From positions 2,976,001 through 3,040,000 of the forward strand of contig CP084166.1 of the NCBI GenBank assembly GCA_021513695.1: a DNA stretch of 64,000 nt, read 5' to 3'. The notes beneath the pieces were generated by a model. It ran no database searches. It was given only the letters and a program-made list of their open reading frames with translations, and was not told the DNA's origin. The position numbers were made by a program, and so were the translations under genes. The DNA is from Candidatus Heimdallarchaeum aukensis. GTDB lineage: Archaea > Asgardarchaeota > Heimdallarchaeia > Heimdallarchaeales > Heimdallarchaeaceae. Below, one piece after another: positions 1 to 9,102 of this stretch; within the stretch, counting starts at the first letter, position 1, and every line of letters begins with the position of its first letter.

Positions 1-849
1 AAGTATTAACCCTATTCCTTGATATTTAAAAGCAATTAGTACTATTACCACTACATAAAATAAGCCCATTAGAACGATATTTATTATTCTTGCATTTTTT
101 TCTCCTATAATGACAGGTAAAGTCTTTATTCCTTTTTTCTTATCTGGATCATGTTTATCTATATGCTTTCCAAATAGTATTGTTGTAACGATTAAAGCGT
201 AGGGTATTGTTGCTATCCAGACCCAATAGGGAATTTGGCCTAAAGTTGTAACATAGAATGTTCCACCTATCATTAAAGGTCCCCAAATGATGAATACTGC
301 TGGCTCTCCCAATCCATGTTTCTTCAAGTTTATAGGCGGTGCAACATAAAATACACTAATAAATATTCCAGCTAAAGCAAAGAATAAGACGTACCAGTTT
401 ACTGTGAGCATAAAGTAAATTAAAATTCCAACATCTATAAGATTTAGAGCTAAAGCTAGAAGAATTAGATTTCTTTTTGAAATAAGTCCTGCTAAGATAG
501 GATGAGGAGCATACATTGCTCTTGCATATTCGTCGTCATCTACACCTTGTTGTAGATCAAAGAAATCGTTGATTATATTATTTACAGCATGGGCAATAAC
601 AATTCCTATAGTACTCAGTACCCAGTTTAACCAGCTTATTTGTTTTGTAAATGAAAGAGCTAATAATCCTCCGATAATTCCTGACATTAAAGTCATAGAA
701 AAAACGCAGGAGCGGATAATAAGAAGAAATTTAGAAATAAGATCCATTTCAGCGTTTTCAGGTAAATTACATGAGTTAAGGATAGTTGACCACTTTTTCA
801 AAAGTGAAGGTTTATTTGTTTTTTTTCTTGTATTCTCTTCTTCTGCCAT
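1..849 (-). CDS. UbiA-family membrane prenyltransferase (MenA/DHNA-prenyltransferase-like), C-terminus truncated by window edge
   Basis: Minus-strand ORF open from the ATG (complement of 847-849) to position 1; the ORF track omitted it because it has no stop in the window. Translation MAEEENTRKK...AHAVNNIINDFFDLQQGVDDDEYARAMYAPHPILAG carries the NDxxDxxxD prenyl-diphosphate motif and about 8 predicted TM helices. The + strand ORF 569-889 overlaps it and looks spurious. Confidence 0.55.
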   Translation of the reverse strand, partial: MAEEENTRKKTNKPSLLKKWSTILNSCNLPENAEMDLISKFLLIIRSCVFSMTLMSGIIGGLLALSFTKQISWLNWVLSTIGIVIAHAVNNIINDFFDLQQGVDDDEYARAMYAPHPILAGLISKRNLILLALALNLIDVGILIYFMLTVNWYVLFFALAGIFISVFYVAPPINLKKHGLGEPAVFIIWGPLMIGGTFYVTTLGQIPYWVWIATIPYALIVTTILFGKHIDKHDPDKKKGIKTLPVIIGEKNARIINIVLMGLFYVVVIVLIAFKYQGIGLIL

Positions 850-929
850 TTTGCTATTCATGTTGGTTAAAAAAAAAATAGTACGTTAAAAAGATTATTA
901 GATAAAAAAAAAGAAAAGAGAAAGAATCA

Positions 930-2795
930 TCATCTTTTTTTTCTTCTTGAAACTAGAGAAACTCCAACAACTGAAAATATTACAACCAGAAATGTCCATC
1001 CAGGTAGATCAAATGTTATTGTAGTAGTTCCTGTTTCGGTGTCTTCATTGTTTTTTATCTCGAATGGTTTATCTGACATATCCTCGGCCATCAAACCATC
1101 TTCAGTCTGTGCTACAACCTTAATAAGATAATTTTCTCCGTCTTCAACTGTTGTTGTGTCCCACAAGAGTAAAGGAACAACAGCTCCTTCAGATAATAGA
1201 TTCCAGCTTATTCCTTTATCTCTAGAGTAGTAAACATCATAAATTATGTCTTTTCCAAAAGAATCTTTTGCTTCTATCCATTCTATCCTAGCTGTTCCTG
1301 ACAAGATCTCTCCCCCATTCGGACTCACGATTCTTGGTGGAATTAAGTAATGTTCTTGTGTTCTATTGTTTATTATTGTAATTATAGGGTAATAGTCAAA
1401 ATTGTTAGCTGAACCATCAATTAAATAAGGTTCGTCAGCAATATTGTCGTTATTTTCATCTTGATTGGAATGATCTGACCAGTAATTATTGCTAAAACTA
1501 TTGCTATTGCCATTGTCTGCTGCCTGAGAGAATCCGAATTCCTTACTATTATTTATAAAATCATTAAAATAGACGGTAATGTCACCTTGTTCATTTTCAT
1601 CAACAATTTGAAGACCTCTATCATCGGAATTTTGAATAACATTGTTAGAAATTGCAACATCTCCTGTATCAAATAATGATATACCTATTTTATTGTCAAC
1701 AATTATGTTATCAAAGATGGTAACATTATCGCAGTTAGAACCAAGATTTATAGCAGAACCACTTCCTTTCTCGTTACCCACATCTATTCCATTATTAAAC
1801 AGGAAATTATTGTAAATGAGCAGATTCTTAGCTTCATGGAATGACAAAGCAGAGAATGGATCTGGAGCACCTGACATTGTATTGTTGAAAATTGATGTTT
1901 CGCCGTTAGAATCAACAAGAACAAAACAGTCTTTTATGGGATCAATTATTATATTATTGTAAATTTTGATTAATCCTTGAATTGCATAGAACATTCCTGT
2001 TTCAGCATTTTGAACATAATTACCTTCAACTAAGGCATAGAACTCCTCTCTAGTATGGACTTCAATTCCATTGTATCCTGCGTTTGTAACATAATTATTC
2101 GAGACTTTGGAAACTAAAGTACGTGTTCCTCTGTTCCCAATTTTTTCTTTTATATTAGCTTTCTCTTCTATTTGTTCAAATTTATTATAATAGGCTGGAT
2201 GGCAAACAATTCCGCTTTCAGAGACATCATTTATTTTATTGTTGTTAATTGTTATATCTTCACAATCAACACTGTAAATACCAATTGAAGATTGTACTAT
2301 TGAACATTTTTCAATTACAATTTTATTACAATATTCAATGAGTATTCCTGCATTCTCTGTTTCAGAAGCAACTACATTAACTATCTTTGCATTTTCTAAA
2401 TTAGAGAATTTTATAGAGTGTTTTCCTCCTGAAATAGTGCAAGAGTCAATAATAAAGTATACCTCTGTATTAACAATGAATATCCCTATCTCATTTTCAG
2501 GAGTCGATATGTTTAATCCTGAAATAATAAAGGGATCCCCAGATGTTCCACTTCCTGACCAGCTTTCATTTTCTGCTTTGTTGATAAAGTCAACATCTCC
2601 ATTAATATAGATTGTAGAAGAAGAAAAAGAAATCTGCTCAATTGGACTATATGAACAGTTACTTTGATTATAATCAGCTGAAGAAAAGAAGATGCTACAA
2701 CAGAGAAATGAAACAGAAAAGAGTAAAACAAGTTCCAATTTAAGAATAGAAGAAAAAAAAAATTTTTTATTTTTATCTTTTTTTATTGATTTCAT
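930..2795 (-). CDS. secreted cell-surface protein with right-handed parallel beta-helix (pectin-lyase/NosD-like) repeats and a PGF-CTERM-like C-terminal anchor
   Basis: N-terminal signal peptide (MKSIKKDKNKKFFFSSILKLELVLLFSVSFLCCSIF). Repeated NxxI/VxNN...GI beta-helix repeats and many N-x-S/T sequons. C-terminus has a Thr-rich linker, then DLPGWTFLVVIFSVVGVSLVSRRKKR (PGW + TM + basic tail). Confidence 0.7.
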   Translation of the reverse strand: MKSIKKDKNKKFFFSSILKLELVLLFSVSFLCCSIFFSSADYNQSNCSYSPIEQISFSSSTIYINGDVDFINKAENESWSGSGTSGDPFIISGLNISTPENEIGIFIVNTEVYFIIDSCTISGGKHSIKFSNLENAKIVNVVASETENAGILIEYCNKIVIEKCSIVQSSIGIYSVDCEDITINNNKINDVSESGIVCHPAYYNKFEQIEEKANIKEKIGNRGTRTLVSKVSNNYVTNAGYNGIEVHTREEFYALVEGNYVQNAETGMFYAIQGLIKIYNNIIIDPIKDCFVLVDSNGETSIFNNTMSGAPDPFSALSFHEAKNLLIYNNFLFNNGIDVGNEKGSGSAINLGSNCDNVTIFDNIIVDNKIGISLFDTGDVAISNNVIQNSDDRGLQIVDENEQGDITVYFNDFINNSKEFGFSQAADNGNSNSFSNNYWSDHSNQDENNDNIADEPYLIDGSANNFDYYPIITIINNRTQEHYLIPPRIVSPNGGEILSGTARIEWIEAKDSFGKDIIYDVYYSRDKGISWNLLSEGAVVPLLLWDTTTVEDGENYLIKVVAQTEDGLMAEDMSDKPFEIKNNEDTETGTTTITFDLPGWTFLVVIFSVVGVSLVSRRKKR

Positions 2796-2909
2796 AATTT
2801 ACCACCATTCAAAATTTAAATATTTCAGAAAAAGAATGGTTTACAGTAAACATGTTGGGAAATATTATATAACTTTTTTTAAAAAAATAGTTGTTCTTAA
2901 AAAAGAGAG

Positions 2910-3470
2910 TTATTTTCCTCTCGTTACTGCTGTAGAAAGTTTAATTCCTGTTTTTCCTAAAAAGAGAGAACCAACATTCATCAAAATGTTAATCAAAATT
3001 AGTATAATATACAAAGTTTTTGAACTATCAAAAACAAATATTAAAACTGAGCTAATAATAGAGAGAACTAAAGCTGAACTTCCTACAGAGATTTTCAACT
3101 TTAGAAAAGGGGTTTTTAGTTTTTTGTATCTTGTTTTTGCGTCAAATATCCCAGTAAAAATGGCTAGTAGGAAAACTATATCTAATAATAGATATGCAAT
3201 TCTAATTATAATATCTATAGTTGTAAGTGTTTTTTCAATAAGAATAAATCTCACTACTAATAATAGTAAAAGCGTTGGTACATATGATTGAGGGAAATGA
3301 ACGATAATTTGATGAAAATGATAATCGAGCATCTTCTTTCTTTTTTCAGAGATCGTTAGCTCATAGGGTTCAAATGCCTTTGCCTTTGCTCCACAAGTAG
3401 GACAATAATCTTTTATTTCCCCTTCTGTTGTTATATAACCACAAACTTTACAACGAATATATTTAGTCAA
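2910..3470 (-). CDS. membrane protein with N-terminal rubredoxin-like zinc ribbon
   Basis: CKVCGYITTEGEIKDYCPTCG (CxxC..CxxC) followed by about 4 hydrophobic TM segments. Function unknown. Confidence 0.5.
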   Translation of the reverse strand: MTKYIRCKVCGYITTEGEIKDYCPTCGAKAKAFEPYELTISEKRKKMLDYHFHQIIVHFPQSYVPTLLLLLVVRFILIEKTLTTIDIIIRIAYLLLDIVFLLAIFTGIFDAKTRYKKLKTPFLKLKISVGSSALVLSIISSVLIFVFDSSKTLYIILILINILMNVGSLFLGKTGIKLSTAVTRGK

Positions 3471-3562
3471 AGTTAATCGTCATAGAATCCTTTTTCATAA
3501 TTAAAAAATATTTGGATTAGACTTTTTGTTCTGTGCTTTGAAATAGAAAAATGAAAAAAAGA

Positions 3563-4819
3563 CTAAATTTTGTCTATTATCCAGAAAACCCAATAAACTA
3601 TTATGAAAATTACTCCTATTACACTCACTATTCGTTTTTTACCTTCTAAAAGTTTGATTGCAGACAAATTCACAGCTCCAAAAATAAGCATAAATATCAA
3701 ACTAGCTGCAGTAGCTACTGTTTCAATGTCGAAGAACAAAATGAATATTATGCTCATTACTCCTGAAATAATGATTGCTCGGGTGGGTACTCTAGTTTTG
3801 CTATTTATTTCTGCAATTTTTGCAGGTATAACTCCTTCATGACTTAGCATGTATGATAGACGGGAAGAACCTAGTAATGTTGCATTTATTGCTGAGGCTG
3901 TGGATATTATTGCAGCTCCGGCCATAAGAAACGTTCCTGCAATTGGCAGAAAAGATTGAGCTGAGACAGTGAGAATTACCTCTCCCATTTCTTCATCAAT
4001 ATTTCCCATTCCTAAAACGCCTACAGTAACAATTGCAACAGAAACATAGATTATAAGGACTATAATTATTGAAACGAACATACCTATGGGTAGATCTCTT
4101 TGAGGATTTTTCATCTCTTCTACAGAATTTGTAAGAATCTCAAATCCTTCCATTGCAACGAAGATTAATACAGAGCTAATTAAAACCCCGTAAACTCCAG
4201 CATCACTAAAAAAAGGTTGAAAGTTTGAACTCTTAACTGCAGTTAATCCCATAATAACGTAAATTAACAAAATTGTTACTTTTAGAAAAACAAGAAAATT
4301 TTGCATTTTTGATGATTCTTTTACTCCTAGGAGATTAATTGCTATGAAAAGGGTTATACTCAATAATTGAAATGCAAAAGCAAGTATTGGTGTATTTAAA
4401 AAAGCTGGAAAAAGGATTTTTGGATTTAAGAAAGGTTTATGACCAAAATTAAAAATCTCAGCAAAATACCTGCCAAAAGTCATTGCGTATAAACTGACAG
4501 AAAAGCTATAACCTAACCACAGCAGAATGCCTAGACTTCCAGAAAAGATCTTGGATTTAAAAGCTTCTTTAGCGTAGATGAAAGCTCCTCCTGCTTTAGG
4601 ATATTTTAGAGCTAAAAAAGTATAACTATACGCTGTAAAAGTACTAACAACACCAGCAAGGATAAAAGCTAAAAAAGCGGCAGGCCCACTTTTAATAATT
4701 ACCAGACCTAGAATTGAAAATACTCCACCACCGATGAGTGCTCCAATAGCTATTCCTAGTGCCTCTTTTAGGCCTAGCTCTTTAGATAACTCAATCGGCG
4801 CTCCTTCTTGTGTGTCCAT
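3563..4819 (-). CDS. amino acid permease (APC superfamily transporter)
   Basis: About 12 TM helices. N-terminal GxG-rich region (LGIAIGALIGGGVFSILG) typical of APC transporters. Confidence 0.8.
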   Translation of the reverse strand: MDTQEGAPIELSKELGLKEALGIAIGALIGGGVFSILGLVIIKSGPAAFLAFILAGVVSTFTAYSYTFLALKYPKAGGAFIYAKEAFKSKIFSGSLGILLWLGYSFSVSLYAMTFGRYFAEIFNFGHKPFLNPKILFPAFLNTPILAFAFQLLSITLFIAINLLGVKESSKMQNFLVFLKVTILLIYVIMGLTAVKSSNFQPFFSDAGVYGVLISSVLIFVAMEGFEILTNSVEEMKNPQRDLPIGMFVSIIIVLIIYVSVAIVTVGVLGMGNIDEEMGEVILTVSAQSFLPIAGTFLMAGAAIISTASAINATLLGSSRLSYMLSHEGVIPAKIAEINSKTRVPTRAIIISGVMSIIFILFFDIETVATAASLIFMLIFGAVNLSAIKLLEGKKRIVSVIGVIFIIVYWVFWIIDKI

Positions 4820-4956
4820 AAAATCAACTATGTTCGCAAATATTTACGATTTAAGAATTTTGCGATAATAAAAAATATAGTGCTAAAATTTGAATTTTAG
4901 TAGATTAAAAAAAGAGGAAGTGTAGTTTATGAAAAACCACACTCTTAATAAATGAA

Positions 4957-5301
4957 CTATAAACCAGCAATTACTAGAAGTATTCCTGCGATAAGAACTA
5001 GTATTGCTACTAGTCCTCCACCTATAATACCTAATATTATAAAAATTATTCCTGTAACTAATTCTTTAAGTCCGAATCTGCCTAATGAAATCAATATTGT
5101 TATAGCACCGACGGCTATTAAAATAATAGCTGCAATAATTGCATTTGCTAGGTTTCCCCCTAATGATAATGATGTAAATAAACTTACGATACTAGAAAGG
5201 ATATCTCCTAATAGCATAAGAACTCCGAGTGCGACCCATAAAATCCCACCAATTAAAGCTAGTATTCTCCCCCACTTCGCTATGTTAGCTTTTTTTGCCA
5301 T
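4957..5301 (-). CDS. small glycine-rich integral membrane protein (hypothetical)
   Basis: 114 aa with 3-4 clean TM helices. Preferred over the overlapping + strand ORF 4952-5323, whose translation is proline/isoleucine low-complexity. Confidence 0.35.
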   Translation of the reverse strand: MAKKANIAKWGRILALIGGILWVALGVLMLLGDILSSIVSLFTSLSLGGNLANAIIAAIILIAVGAITILISLGRFGLKELVTGIIFIILGIIGGGLVAILVLIAGILLVIAGL

Positions 5302-5382
5302 TGTAAATAAAACTATATTTTAACTGTTAAAAAACCTTTCTCGATGAAGGTTTCTTCCAATTTTTTTTATAAACATGTTGTT

Positions 5383-6270
5383 TTATGATTGTTGCATATG
5401 ATGGATTACTATACTTGGATTTAATAGCTTATCTCTGATCTTACAAGATAATGGACGTGAAAGAAAATTAAAAAATGATTCTTTTTTTGTTCTTCCAATT
5501 ATTACCAAATCGGGCTCATCTTTTTCAAAAATATATTCTAAAGTGCTAAAAACATCATGTCCTATTACTATTTTTGTTTTTAGTATTCTACCGAATATTT
5601 CCTCATATTGGTTGACATATTTTTCAAATTCCAAGTTTTCCTTTTTAATTTCTTTTTCATTTACTGCTTGATCAAGAGGAATGACTTCAGGGACAATATT
5701 TACATGGTATACATTAATTGTAGCACTTCTTTGGGGAGCAGCTATTGCTGATGCCCATCGTAAAAGAAAAGGATCTCGATTGGAGTAAGGTAAAAGAATA
5801 GCTATTTTTTTCATTTTTGTTGCTAGTTTTTCTAATTTTGGAGGGAAAACCTGTAAAACTTCTGCTTCGATATTTTTTATTACTTGATTAGAAACGCTGT
5901 TAACAACTATTTTATCAAAAAAAGATGGTTTTCGTCTTGCAGCCATAATAACTAATCTATATTTATGTTTGTTCCAATGTTCAATAATTGCTTTTGCAAT
6001 TTGTTTATTTTTAATATAAGTTAGATCGTAATTTATTTTGTACTTATTGAGTTTAGCGAGAAATTTATCAATGAAGGAATTTAAAGGTTTTCCAACATGA
6101 ATAATATCTAATTTTGCTCCATATTCATGAGCAATATAAAATGCTACATCCATTGCTGTTTTCTCAAAATTTTTCCCACCCAGTGGAAGCAAAATTTTGT
6201 CTAAAGTAATGAAAAATTCGTCTTGAAAATCAGGTTTTATTTTTCTTATAGTTTTTGCTTTGTTACTCAT
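5383..6270 (-). CDS. tandem universal stress protein (UspA-domain) protein
   Basis: Two UspA-like halves (…DIIHVG…, …LVIIGRT…), ATP-binding-type motifs. About 295 aa, typical of tandem Usp. Confidence 0.7.
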   Translation of the reverse strand: MSNKAKTIRKIKPDFQDEFFITLDKILLPLGGKNFEKTAMDVAFYIAHEYGAKLDIIHVGKPLNSFIDKFLAKLNKYKINYDLTYIKNKQIAKAIIEHWNKHKYRLVIMAARRKPSFFDKIVVNSVSNQVIKNIEAEVLQVFPPKLEKLATKMKKIAILLPYSNRDPFLLRWASAIAAPQRSATINVYHVNIVPEVIPLDQAVNEKEIKKENLEFEKYVNQYEEIFGRILKTKIVIGHDVFSTLEYIFEKDEPDLVIIGRTKKESFFNFLSRPLSCKIRDKLLNPSIVIHHMQQS

Positions 6271-6424
6271 TCATTGCTCCCAATAAAGAGGGACTTTGAT
6301 TTTATTTAAATTTATTCCTACATATGTAAGAATTATTCAACTAATTGAAAAAAGACTTTTCTACCTATTGTTTTTTTAAAAATCTACACAGAATATTTAA
6401 ATAAAAAAAAAGAATTAGGCTCTT

Positions 6425-7066
6425 ATGTCTTCGACAATTGTAAATCTATATCTGGGAGGATTAACTTTTAATAAGATTAAAGTTGATGAAACTGTTTCAA
6501 ACAAGTCAGTCACTTTACTATCATGGTTCGCTTTGTTTATTTACATGCTGCTTGAAGCAATTTTTTCAGTAATCGCGGGTAAACCTGCAGGACACAGTGC
6601 TTTTGCTCGTTATACAAACCTTTCTGGTTTTTGGTTATTTTTTGCTGTAATTGTTAGCTCGTTAATAGCTACAGTTGTTTTTGCAGCAATCTTATTAGGA
6701 CTCTTCAAACTATTCGAATTGACATGTGTCCTTATAAGACGATTATTTAAAACTGAGAAAGAAAGCAAAGAAGAAGTTAAAAAGATTAGTTTGACTTTTA
6801 ACGGTTTTATTAGAGTTGTTGCTGTGGGTGTAGTTTGGAAATATATTTCAGCAATAGGCGTTCTTTTCAGTGGCACCCCAAAAACTATAATAACGGGGCT
6901 AGGATACTTTATTTCACTATTTTGTATTGGCTTTGCATCAAAACGTTATAGTAAAAAATCAGTTTTTGTTGTAATCATAATTATGATTCTAGCATTCTTC
7001 ATAAGTTTCGCTTTAGGTGTTGTATGGAGCGACATATTAGAAAAGCTATTAGGTCTGACAAAATAA
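6425..7066 (+). CDS. polytopic membrane protein (possibly Yip1-domain-like), hypothetical
   Basis: 213 aa with 5-6 TM helices. No recognisable catalytic motifs. Confidence 0.5.
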   Translation: MSSTIVNLYLGGLTFNKIKVDETVSNKSVTLLSWFALFIYMLLEAIFSVIAGKPAGHSAFARYTNLSGFWLFFAVIVSSLIATVVFAAILLGLFKLFELTCVLIRRLFKTEKESKEEVKKISLTFNGFIRVVAVGVVWKYISAIGVLFSGTPKTIITGLGYFISLFCIGFASKRYSKKSVFVVIIIMILAFFISFALGVVWSDILEKLLGLTK

Positions 7067-7121
7067 TAGAAAAAAAAAAGATATTTTTCATTCTACCTTT
7101 TTTAATACTTTTTTCTTAAAG

Positions 7122-7231
7122 TAGTACTTCCGAATTATCTCAAAAAGTATGAATTGAGAACACGCCAATGATAGTATGAACTCCTATAATTTTAACCTAT
7201 AGAAATCAGTCAACTTATTGCGGAAGTACTA
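7122..7231. mobile_element. MITE-like non-autonomous element, copy A (110 bp, 11-bp perfect TIRs TAGTACTTCCG/CGGAAGTACTA, flanked by 6-bp direct repeat TTAAAG)
   Basis: Seen directly: TIRs at 7122-7132 and 7221-7231; TTAAAG at 7116-7121 and 7232-7237. Internal palindrome ctataattttaacctatag. 100% identical (reverse-complemented) to 41507-41616. Confidence 0.7.
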
Positions 7232-7254
7232 TTAAAGAAAAAAAATTGTGAAAA

Positions 7255-8265
7255 CTAAATGTTCTCTCTAAGATCAATTATATGCTCTGAAGAAGGACCT
7301 GTACCGATTAAACTCACTTTAACCTTTGTTTCTTGTTCTACTCTGTCAATGAACTCTTGAGCTTCTCCTTTAATTTGATCAATTGATGTTGCTCCTTTCA
7401 ATTCAGGGAAAACTATATCAAATTTAGTTAAAGCAATCTGTGTAGCTCCATTTAGTCTTACTGACTTTTTTGCGAGTTCAAAATTAAATGGCGCTGCTCT
7501 TCTAGGACGACCTGTTACTGCTCCGTATTCTACCCATCCTCTTTTTTTCATTTCGTCTAAAGAGAGCTCTCCTGGAAGTTCTCCTTCTCCAACTCTAGTT
7601 ATAAAAGCTTTCATTACTACTAACACTTCGTCAACTTTTGTTGGGCCCACGCCCAGATCAGAACAAATACCAGCAGCACAAGTGTCGTGTGAAGTGACAT
7701 AAGGATATGAACCATGATAGAGAGATAAAAAGGCAGCTTGACTTCCTTCTGCAATAACACTTTCACCTGATTCAAGAACTTTGTTTATTTCAAAACTTAC
7801 ATCAGTTAAGTATTGTTTTAATTCAGGGATATCTCGAGCTAACTTTAATGTTCTCATTGCTCTGTCCATGTTAGCTGGTCCACATCCACTTCCAGTTGTC
7901 CCAATTTTTCCCGATAAATGTTTGTCTTTTGTATCCATATCAATGTGCTTTTGTTCAATTATTCCCGATTGAAAGTCTACTTTTAGTCTATCTTCAGTTT
8001 TAGTATTCTTTATCTCTTGAAGTAGAACAGTAGGATTTACAAGCACTCCTGCTCCTATAAGCAATTTTGCTTTGTTGTTAACAAAGCCAGAAGGAACCAT
8101 TCTTAACTTGTATTCTATCCCTTCATGTTGTATAGTATGTCCAGCATTGGGTCCTGTTCCCGCTCTAGCAATTATTGAAGGTTCATCTTTTATTGCCAAA
8201 TAGGAACAAATTTTTCCTTTTCCTTCGTCTCCCCAAAATCCTCCAGCTATGATAGTAAATGTCAT
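7255..8265 (-). CDS. purA: adenylosuccinate synthetase, short archaeal type
   Basis: N-terminus GGFWGDEGKGKICSYL (P-loop GDEGKGK), …GTGPNAGHT…, 336 aa as in archaeal PurA. Confidence 0.9.
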   Translation of the reverse strand: MTFTIIAGGFWGDEGKGKICSYLAIKDEPSIIARAGTGPNAGHTIQHEGIEYKLRMVPSGFVNNKAKLLIGAGVLVNPTVLLQEIKNTKTEDRLKVDFQSGIIEQKHIDMDTKDKHLSGKIGTTGSGCGPANMDRAMRTLKLARDIPELKQYLTDVSFEINKVLESGESVIAEGSQAAFLSLYHGSYPYVTSHDTCAAGICSDLGVGPTKVDEVLVVMKAFITRVGEGELPGELSLDEMKKRGWVEYGAVTGRPRRAAPFNFELAKKSVRLNGATQIALTKFDIVFPELKGATSIDQIKGEAQEFIDRVEQETKVKVSLIGTGPSSEHIIDLRENI

Positions 8266-8439
8266 TTGTGGAAGGGAGAAAATTTAATATTTTAAATTAA
8301 TTGATAGGTAATAGCTTTATTTTTTCTAAAAATCAATTTTTCTCTCTTTTTGCTTATTTATTTTCTCTCTTTTTCTTATTTCATTCTCATACTTTTTTTG
8401 CAAATCTACGAAAAACTAATAAAGTTAGAATATAATTAA

Positions 8440-9009
8440 TTGATTATGTCAGCATTTGGTGTCGTCAAAATTGTACTACTTGGAGACTATGCTGCAGGAA
8501 AAACAACTCTAAAAAGAAGTTTTATGGGTCTTCATTTAGATGAAGTATACTTAAGCACTTTAGGAGTTGATCTAGCTTCTTATCATTTCGTTGATGATAA
8601 CTTTGATTTAAAGTATCAAATATGGGATCTCGGAGGGCAACCAGAATTTAAGACTATACGTGTTCAACAATATAAAGGTACAGAAGGAGGGTTACTTGTT
8701 TTTGATAAAGCAAGAGTTGAGACTTTCGAACATTTATCTGATTGGTTAGAAGAGCTTAGTAGCTCAATCTCTAATCGTGTTCCTATTTTCTTAATAGGTA
8801 ATAAATCAGATCTTCTTTCTCATGAAGAAAATGCTGAAATGGATAGAAAGGCAGAGAAATTTATAGAAGATAATCAAAATACTTACCCCGAGATTGATCT
8901 TAAAGGTTATTTTGCAACATGTGCTTTAACTGGTGAAAACGTTAGAGAAGCTTTTTTAGCTCTTGGTAAAGAAATAATTAAAATAAAGAGCGATAGAATG
9001 CTCATTTAA
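8440..9009 (+). CDS. Rab/Ras-like small GTPase (eukaryote-signature, Asgard-type)
   Basis: G1 GDYAAGKT; switch I YLSTLGVD (Rab TIGVDF-like); G3 WDLGGQ; G4 GNKSD; G5 TCALTGENVREAF (compare Rab ETSAKTGENVEEAF). No C-terminal CAAX/CC prenylation motif. Confidence 0.85.
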   Translation: MIMSAFGVVKIVLLGDYAAGKTTLKRSFMGLHLDEVYLSTLGVDLASYHFVDDNFDLKYQIWDLGGQPEFKTIRVQQYKGTEGGLLVFDKARVETFEHLSDWLEELSSSISNRVPIFLIGNKSDLLSHEENAEMDRKAEKFIEDNQNTYPEIDLKGYFATCALTGENVREAFLALGKEIIKIKSDRMLI

Positions 9010-9102
9010 ATAGTAAGTAATTTTGTTCTTTCTCAATTTGCCATAGAATAGAACACAACATTCTTATTGATAATTTTTTAAAGCCTTATAACATTAAATA
9101 AT

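Noticed and set aside
569-889. + strand 106-aa ORF from the track
   Set aside because: It lies entirely antisense to a well-supported UbiA-family prenyltransferase CDS (1-849, minus) that carries the NDxxDxxxD motif. Its translation is low-complexity, and the minus-strand start codon falls inside it.
2338-2731. Overlapping short ORFs on both strands inside the beta-helix surface protein gene; similar nested ORFs occur at 3603-3842, 6610-6876, 7781-7972, 12031-12267, 12733-13014, 13576-13860, 16301-16633, 17468-17815, 20015-20665, 21923-22237, 25334-25623, 26450-26632, 27003-27255, 30515-30748, 31416-31697, 32256-32905, 35016-35207, 36136-36378, 37646-38030, 39910-40188, 44406-45002, 46646-46885, 48212-48592, 51697-51897, 54232-54414, 56934-57269, 57334-57519, 60278-60484 and 61734-61943
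   Set aside because: All lie within or antisense to longer ORFs with strong family-level motifs. Their translations are low-complexity, as expected in AT-rich DNA.
4952-5323. + strand 123-aa ORF overlapping the small membrane protein gene
   Set aside because: The translation is Pro/Ile-rich low-complexity, typical of antisense reading of a Gly/Ala/Leu-rich membrane protein. The minus-strand reading gives clean TM helices.
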